Sequence record: NC_034625.1
Length of the DNA: 32,735 nt
Reading direction: 5' to 3' (one strand)
This document shows positions 26,899 through 32,735 of this stretch, one piece after another. Every line of letters starts with the position of its first letter. Within the stretch, counting starts at the first letter, position 1. Position numbers and translations under genes: made by a program. The notes beneath the pieces are model-generated. The model worked only from the letters and a program-made list of their open reading frames with translations, was not told the origin of the DNA and did not search any database.

Positions 26899-28089
26899 AT
26901 GGAATTTAAAAGAGAAAGTTCCGGAATAATAAAAAGCTTTTCAGCATTAGATATTTTTTCAATTAATCTTTTGTATATGGGAATTTTAAGCGGAATAAGC
27001 TATCCATTATTTGTCTCTGAAATGATGAAAAATGTAAACTTATTATTTGCAATTTTAATAGGCTCTGCTTTTGGAATTCCACTTTTAGTAATGTACTATT
27101 TGCTAACTAAGAAAATACCGTTAAATGGAGGAGATTACGCTTATATTAGATCTTCATTTTCTCCAAAGTTTTACACAATTTTCGGAATTTCACTATGGCT
27201 AATTTACGTATTTTCAGCTCCAGTTTTATCTGATCTTGTATTGTTAAATTTCAATATTCCAGTAATTGATAAGTTTTTAATTTCAGAATTATTATTTGCT
27301 ATTGCTTTACTTAGCATAGTTAAAAAGTCAATTTATGCATATATTGTAGACGGAATTGCAATTTTACAAATAATTGTTTCTTTAATTCTGCCAATTTCAA
27401 GTTTCCATTTTCAAGCCCCAAATTTCATATTATCAAACACTTTACTTTCAGCTTTACTATTTGATTTGTCTATGTTTCTCTTCATAAATGCGATTAGTTA
27501 TATAGCTGGCGAAACAAAAAATGTAGACAAATCCATGAAAATTGGATATTTCTTAAGTTACTTTGTAGTTACAATATTAGCGTTATTAGACAGTTATTCA
27601 AATTTAAATATCTTATTTCTGTTAATGCCGATATGGTTTATGAGTTATATTTTTGTTACTTCTATGATTCAAAGTAGATTAATTCAAAATTTAGCATTTG
27701 ATAAAATCTTACCTGAAAAATTTGCAAAAATAACGCCTAATGCTTTACTGTTAATCTTTATCGCTGATACAATTGCAAACGTTTTAGAAAATCTATTTAA
27801 TTTCTCAATTTCATTTGGATTTGATGGATTATTATTCATTTTCTGGAACTTTATAATTGTTAGTTTTGCATTTCTAAAGCTAACAAACAAAAAACTATTA
27901 TTTTCAATAGTAATGATTAGCCTAATTTTACAGATCTTCTTATTCTTTTATCTAGGCATATCAAATTCAATATTCTATAATTTTGTAATTCAAGGAAATG
28001 TTCTATTTGCAATATTAAGAATATTGCTAATGCCAATTTTAGGAGGAATTATTTACTTGTTAAGGAGAAAAATTATAAACGCTGAATAA
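26899..28089 (+). CDS. APC-superfamily permease-like membrane protein, 396 aa (SIRV ORF399-like)
   Basis: Many TM segments and the APC loop motif PLNGGDYAYIRSSF. Confidence 0.85.
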   Translation: MEFKRESSGIIKSFSALDIFSINLLYMGILSGISYPLFVSEMMKNVNLLFAILIGSAFGIPLLVMYYLLTKKIPLNGGDYAYIRSSFSPKFYTIFGISLWLIYVFSAPVLSDLVLLNFNIPVIDKFLISELLFAIALLSIVKKSIYAYIVDGIAILQIIVSLILPISSFHFQAPNFILSNTLLSALLFDLSMFLFINAISYIAGETKNVDKSMKIGYFLSYFVVTILALLDSYSNLNILFLLMPIWFMSYIFVTSMIQSRLIQNLAFDKILPEKFAKITPNALLLIFIADTIANVLENLFNFSISFGFDGLLFIFWNFIIVSFAFLKLTNKKLLFSIVMISLILQIFLFFYLGISNSIFYNFVIQGNVLFAILRILLMPILGGIIYLLRRKIINAE

Positions 28090-28091
28090 AG

Positions 28092-28994
28092 ATGAAATTG
28101 GTATTTGGCATTTCTAGTTCAAGAAGTTATTTTTTTAAAACTAATTTTCCAATTTTAGTTAATCAACTAAGATTTAAAAGAAAAACATGGAGAAATGAAA
28201 CTTGGGTTGATAGTGGCGGATTTCAAATTATAATGCATAACTTAAAAATTTCTGTAAATGATGTCTTGCAAAAGTATAAAAGTGTTAATGCTTACGCATT
28301 TTTTTCTCTCGATATTCCTAGCGTTTTTGCACCTCTTGACAAACGGAATTTTGAATATTTTGAGTATCTCTACACAAAAATTGAATGGATAGAAAAAATT
28401 ATACCAGTTTTACATATTTATCCACTTCAAGATTTGGATAAAGCTATTGATTTTTACAAACAATACAGTTATTATTTTGCAATTGGCGGAATAATGACTT
28501 CTAGCAAATTAAGAGTTTTACAATATACATTTCCATGGATTTATTACCTAAAAAGAAAAGTATCTTATCTTCACGTTCTCGGTATATCATCTCCATATTT
28601 TTTACAAATTTTTAATAATATACAAAGCATGGATACCGCATTTTGTTCAATAATTTCAGCATTTAAAGAAATAATTTGGGTTAATGGATCTAGGAGATAT
28701 ATTGGAAATATGAAAACAAAAAGGGAAAGATATAAAATTACAAAAGAAGAAAAAGAACAATTGTTTGAATTTTTAGATAAGCATAATTTCCCATTTGAAT
28801 ATGACTTAAATAATAGGCATATTTTAGAACTAATAAACGCTTATATTCTATTGTATCATAATTGGAAAATTAAGAATAAGTATACTGAATATGCAGAAAA
28901 ACTTAGAAAAATGGGATTAGACAGTTTGACAAGCGAGTTAATTAGAAATTATAAAATTGCAAATGAAATATTAAAACAGAAAAGAGAAAAATAG
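28092..28994 (+). CDS. Guanine transglycosylase (TGT/DpdA-like), 300 aa
   Basis: DSGGFQ, LDIP, IPVLH, AIGG, HVLG and SMD motifs; no CxCxxC zinc motif. Confidence 0.85.
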   Translation: MKLVFGISSSRSYFFKTNFPILVNQLRFKRKTWRNETWVDSGGFQIIMHNLKISVNDVLQKYKSVNAYAFFSLDIPSVFAPLDKRNFEYFEYLYTKIEWIEKIIPVLHIYPLQDLDKAIDFYKQYSYYFAIGGIMTSSKLRVLQYTFPWIYYLKRKVSYLHVLGISSPYFLQIFNNIQSMDTAFCSIISAFKEIIWVNGSRRYIGNMKTKRERYKITKEEKEQLFEFLDKHNFPFEYDLNNRHILELINAYILLYHNWKIKNKYTEYAEKLRKMGLDSLTSELIRNYKIANEILKQKREK

Positions 28995-29008
28995 AAGATA
29001 AAAAAATA

Positions 29009-29566
29009 TTAACTTAATAATTTGTCTAATTGCTCATCATAAATTACTTCAACCTTTCCATCTTTAATCACTATTTTACCTGACAAATTCTCGCCGAAAT
29101 ATTGTATCAAATATCCGTATCCAGCAGTTCTAACTCTACCGCTTATGCTATACTGAATTTCTACATCTCCATTACAATAAAGATGTTTAACCTCTCCGAG
29201 ACTTCCTCTAGGACTTCTCAATATTTCAAAATCTTCACATTCACCGCTAAGCACTTTGAAATAAACACCGCCTCTATAACCTGATGGTAATTCAATAACA
29301 TATAATGTATTTCCCGGTTCAAACTTTATGATTGGAGTTCCCTTTTCTGTTACAACAATTTTTGCATTTGCTAATTTTACCGTAAACTCATTAACTCTAT
29401 CAAATTCTATAAAACTTCCATTTTCACCGCTTTCTACAAATCTTCCACTGAAATATATAACTCTTCCTCTAGCTCTATCACCAATTTCAGTTATATCCAA
29501 TGCCTTGTCCTCAAAAAATGGATATTTCTCATCTTTTAAACTAACTTGAACTTTTAACTTATTCAT
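29009..29566 (-). CDS. 185-aa beta-rich hypothetical protein; candidate anti-defence gene
   Basis: Class-1 promoter (TATA 29609-29602) and SD GGTGA. Confidence 0.8.
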   Translation of the reverse strand: MNKLKVQVSLKDEKYPFFEDKALDITEIGDRARGRVIYFSGRFVESGENGSFIEFDRVNEFTVKLANAKIVVTEKGTPIIKFEPGNTLYVIELPSGYRGGVYFKVLSGECEDFEILRSPRGSLGEVKHLYCNGDVEIQYSISGRVRTAGYGYLIQYFGENLSGKIVIKDGKVEVIYDEQLDKLLS

Positions 29567-29825
29567 TCTCTTATCACCAATATCTATTATGTAAATCTTT
29601 GTATTTAAAGTTATCTCTTAATTTTTACGTTTATATCTTACGCTATTTTTATCATTAAATTTCTTACTGTATAATTCCTCTTGATTTTAAAATATTATCC
29701 CAAAATTGAGAAAAAATAAGCATGAAGATAGATGATAAAGAGTAGAAAAATAAAATTAATAAGTTAAAAATTATAGATTAACAAAAAGAAAAAAATTATA
29801 GATAAAAAACGATTAATTTAAAACT

Positions 29826-30548
29826 TTAATCAACTTTATGACTTTTAGGTCTTGGATGCGTTATTAAATAATATTTATTTCCACTTAGCATAACTGAATT
29901 TTCGCCATGGTCTGCTGATTTCATAACAAATGTTGTAGAATTTTGAAGATATATCAAAAATGCAATACCAGGTGTTGAAAATAAATCAGTTGCTAATACA
30001 GGATTTGAAAATTGTATCTCATGATTATAAATTGTCAAACTGTTTACATGATTGAGACTAAGATTTAATTCGCTATTTGGTGGTGGAACTTCATAAATTT
30101 CCAAATTGCCTTGATTAAAAACTAAAGAAAATTGATATAATTGTCCTTTAATAAATATATCGAAAAAGTCTATTGCATAATTGGTATAATTAATAAGTAA
30201 TTTTTTAGAATTAAGATTTGAAAGTTCTATTTGTTTTAATATAAAGTTTTTCATATCCTCTAAACTTCTTGTAATTTTATTTCTTCTATAAACTGAAATT
30301 ATTGATGGAGCTGGCGTATAATATATGCCTTTAGTTTCATCTAATTGATTACCATCATACTTAAAACAACCGTTAAACGTTAATCCTGACCTAGAAATAT
30401 ATTTAGAACAATTTACATAATGATTTGAAATTAACGAAATTTTTGTAACTTGACCATTTGAATGTTTCAACATAAAAACGATTGGCAAATATTTTATTTG
30501 TTTTAAAATTTTAACTTCATACTTTTTTTGGTCTTCAACTTGGGACAT
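29826..30548 (-). CDS. AcrIIIB1-like anti-CRISPR protein (type III-B inhibitor family), 240 aa
   Basis: Size, position in the right arm, SADHG motif and C-terminal HPRP tail resemble SIRV2 gp48 as I recall it. Start moved to ATG 30548 after SD GGTGA. Confidence 0.65.
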   Translation of the reverse strand: MSQVEDQKKYEVKILKQIKYLPIVFMLKHSNGQVTKISLISNHYVNCSKYISRSGLTFNGCFKYDGNQLDETKGIYYTPAPSIISVYRRNKITRSLEDMKNFILKQIELSNLNSKKLLINYTNYAIDFFDIFIKGQLYQFSLVFNQGNLEIYEVPPPNSELNLSLNHVNSLTIYNHEIQFSNPVLATDLFSTPGIAFLIYLQNSTTFVMKSADHGENSVMLSGNKYYLITHPRPKSHKVD

Positions 30549-30727
30549 ACGACTTATCACCCGTAAATGAAAATATGTTATATGACAAATTTATAACTTT
30601 CTTTATTTTTCGATTTACAAACTTTCTAAAATGTTAGTATTACTATTTGAAACGTGAGAAAAATTATGCATGGAGAAAGAAAACAAAAAACAAAAAAATA
30701 AAAAATAAAGAATACGAAAGAAAAAAA

Positions 30728-31042
30728 TTAGTATATATTCCAAAGTAATAAAGCAATTAGCTTTAAAATTTCTTCACGCGTACCTTCAATTACTTTTTCA
30801 TTGTTTACATCTTTGTAAACTTTATAAAGCCTTGCAATTTTTTGTAGTATCTTAACAAAATCAATATCTTCTGGATTTAAATAAGTAAAGCTAATTTCAT
30901 TTTTCGTATCATTTATTCTTATGTTCAATTTGTTATATTCTATAGACTTTCCCTTTACTTCAGCTAACTGAATTAAAAAATTAACATTAACTTGTTGTTC
31001 CAATACCTCTTTCATTTGACTTTGACTTTTTTCTTGACTCAT
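30728..31042 (-). CDS. 104-aa hypothetical protein; candidate anti-defence gene
   Basis: Class-1 promoter (TATA 31083-31076), SD GGTGA; start moved to 31042. Confidence 0.8.
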   Translation of the reverse strand: MSQEKSQSQMKEVLEQQVNVNFLIQLAEVKGKSIEYNKLNIRINDTKNEISFTYLNPEDIDFVKILQKIARLYKVYKDVNNEKVIEGTREEILKLIALLLWNIY

Positions 31043-31129
31043 CTTTTTCACCATTATCTATTATCTCTAAACTTATATTTAAATTTTTCTCTATCTTTTC
31101 ATGTCTTCATTTTTCGACTTATAATTATG

Positions 31130-31318
31130 TTAATTTTCATGATCATTATACTTTCTTTCATAAATGACTTTCCCATGAATTTTTAATACACCAGTTCTAT
31201 CAAATTCAGCTAACGCATTCAAATACTCCTTGTAAGCTTTGATAATATAATCTATTCTATTATGCATTCTTTCTAGAATTTTTTTCTGCTCAGCAGTTAA
31301 TTTATGTACTCTTGTCAT
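31130..31318 (-). CDS. 62-aa hypothetical protein
   Basis: ORF track; class-2 promoter at 31350-31363 with a duplicated upstream module. Confidence 0.75.
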   Translation of the reverse strand: MTRVHKLTAEQKKILERMHNRIDYIIKAYKEYLNALAEFDRTGVLKIHGKVIYERKYNDHEN

Positions 31319-31527
31319 TTTTTATCATCTACAAATCATCATACGTTATATGACAAATTTAAAAGTATCTTTAATTTTAGATTTACGAATTTCCTAAAAT
31401 GTTAGTATTATTATCCCAAACATGAAAAAAAATATTGATAAAAATAGAAGATAATAAACATAAAAATAGGAAGTTAAAATATAAAATTATAAAAATAAAA
31501 TAAAATTAAGGAAAAAAGTTAAAAAAA

Positions 31528-31755
31528 TTATTGAATTTGTTGTTGTGAATTAAAACGAGAAACGAGAGAAGAAAATAATTTTTGTGCATATTTTTGATCA
31601 AATCCATGATAATAAAAAAATCTATTTTTTTCTGAAATTTTATAAACCGCAAATCTTGACTTTGAACAACAATTACATTTAGCTAAAGCAAAATTGTTCA
31701 TTTGTTGAACTATTTCAAAGTCATGAAATTTTACATCAATAATTTGAATCTTCAT
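31528..31755 (-). CDS. 75-aa Cys-containing hypothetical protein; candidate anti-defence gene
   Basis: Class-1 promoter (TATA 31793-31786); start moved to ATG 31755; CNCC motif. Confidence 0.75.
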   Translation of the reverse strand: MKIQIIDVKFHDFEIVQQMNNFALAKCNCCSKSRFAVYKISEKNRFFYYHGFDQKYAQKLFSSLVSRFNSQQQIQ

Positions 31756-31916
31756 AACTCTCAATTATATATATGTCTAAACTTATATTTAAAGTTTTCT
31801 CTAAACGTTTATCTCTCTATCTATCTACTTTTTTATCTTATATTATCAATTTTTATCTCAAAATAGAAAATATAAAATAGAAGATAATAAAAATAAAAAT
31901 AAAAAAAACAATTAAC

Positions 31917-32255
31917 TTAATATAGACTTAATGACTTCCAGCCGGTAAAGAAATTGAAAACGTATACTATTTGATGTTTTTGGCTCTGTGAATTATATTT
32001 AATTCTTTCTTCAACCAGCAATATTACCGTATCACTCTTGGGAATAACAGCATATTCAAATTCTCTTGTATTATCATCAGCATCATTAGTATTCATCAAT
32101 ATCAATTCATATTCGCCATAAATCTGTTTGATTTTTGCGCTCCCATCTTTCCCTTTATACTCTTTAATTGTCAAAAAATATTTGGCCTCATTTCTTCCCT
32201 CTTTTATCGACTGTTCTATTAATTGATTGATTTGTTCATCGGTTAATTTTTTCAT
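31917..32255 (-). CDS. 112-aa hypothetical protein; candidate anti-defence gene
   Basis: Class-1 promoter (TATA 32295-32288), SD GGTGA. Confidence 0.8.
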   Translation of the reverse strand: MKKLTDEQINQLIEQSIKEGRNEAKYFLTIKEYKGKDGSAKIKQIYGEYELILMNTNDADDNTREFEYAVIPKSDTVILLVEERIKYNSQSQKHQIVYVFNFFTGWKSLSLY

Positions 32256-32291
32256 CTTTTCACCAACATATTATATGTAAATTCTCCTTTA

Positions 32292-32735
32292 TAAATTTTT
32301 CTCTCCTTTTTTAGATCTCTATTTTTCGTTTCTTCTCCATCATCTCTCTCTATAGAGAACGTGTAAATTCTGTCTCTCCAATTTCTCTCATAACTGCAGA
32401 GATAAATTGTTTCCTAACGGTGAAATCGCGTAAAAAAACCTATTTTGGGTTTGATCATAATTTATTAATTATAAACTACTAACTACATAACTATATAATT
32501 ATTATATTGTATAACTAGATAGTTCATATATTCTCAAAATTATTAAATCTCCTTACAATTTCCTCCATAAAATACTGATATAAATCCAAACTGTATACAG
32601 AATCTTCTATTGAATTGAAAGAAAAAAAGAAACTATATTTTTCACTTGAACTATAAAACTATAATTATTAAATTATAAACTACTAATTAGTAGTTAGCTA
32701 ATTATATAATATACTAACTATGTAGTTATATAATT
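32292..32735. repeat. Right inverted terminal repeat, truncated (444 bp)
   Basis: Reverse complement of 1141-1584; the window ends inside it. Confidence 0.95.

Noticed and set aside
6874-31186. Antisense ORFs at 6874-7068, 9833-10042, 11011-11235, 18224-18433, 19974-20210, 20988-21185, 23616-23816, 26032-26226, 27684-27890, 29102-29284, 29328-29549 and 30992-31186
   Set aside because: They are shadows of better-supported genes, with no promoter or SD and composition typical of reverse frames.
29570-31916. A/T-tract spacers between the right-arm cassettes as novel repeats
   Set aside because: Low-complexity terminator-like tracts with no consistent unit beyond the modules reported above.
1-32735. 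tRNA, rRNA, IS elements or integrase
   Set aside because: No cloverleaf, transposase or recombinase motifs seen by eye; a tRNAscan-SE or ISEScan run would confirm.

Overview
Near-complete linear genome of a rudivirus (rod-shaped virus of Sulfolobales, SIRV-like). It is very AT-rich and carries the rudiviral core: 134-aa major capsid protein, HUH Rep, ssDNA-binding protein/AAA ATPase/Cas4 operon, Holliday junction resolvase, three glycosyltransferases, a methyltransferase, large virion proteins (1061, 566 and 466 aa), the pyramid egress protein PVAP and an SvtR-like RHH regulator. From memory, the length matches the Yellowstone isolate SIRV10; this is unverified. Bases 1-594 are a read-through of the covalently closed left end: an exact palindrome about 297/298 with an imperfect 46-nt core. 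The left ITR therefore runs about 298-1584, and only its inner 444 bp are present at the right end (32292-32735). The inferred full length is about 33.3 kb, and the missing part mirrors non-coding DNA. Most notable: (1) three promoter classes readable directly from the sequence, including a 20-bp palindrome TATACAT-N6-ATGTATA upstream of five genes (the capsid gene, three predicted virion genes and one unknown) and a strong early promoter that marks seven candidate anti-defence cassettes; (2) an OB-fold-less ATP-dependent ligase inserted among the virion genes; (3) a permease plus TGT/DpdA-like gene pair; (4) a mismatched terminal hairpin; (5) a candidate ~260-nt structured RNA; (6) an AcrIIIB1-like gene. 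Homologue names come from my recall of the families, not from database searches.
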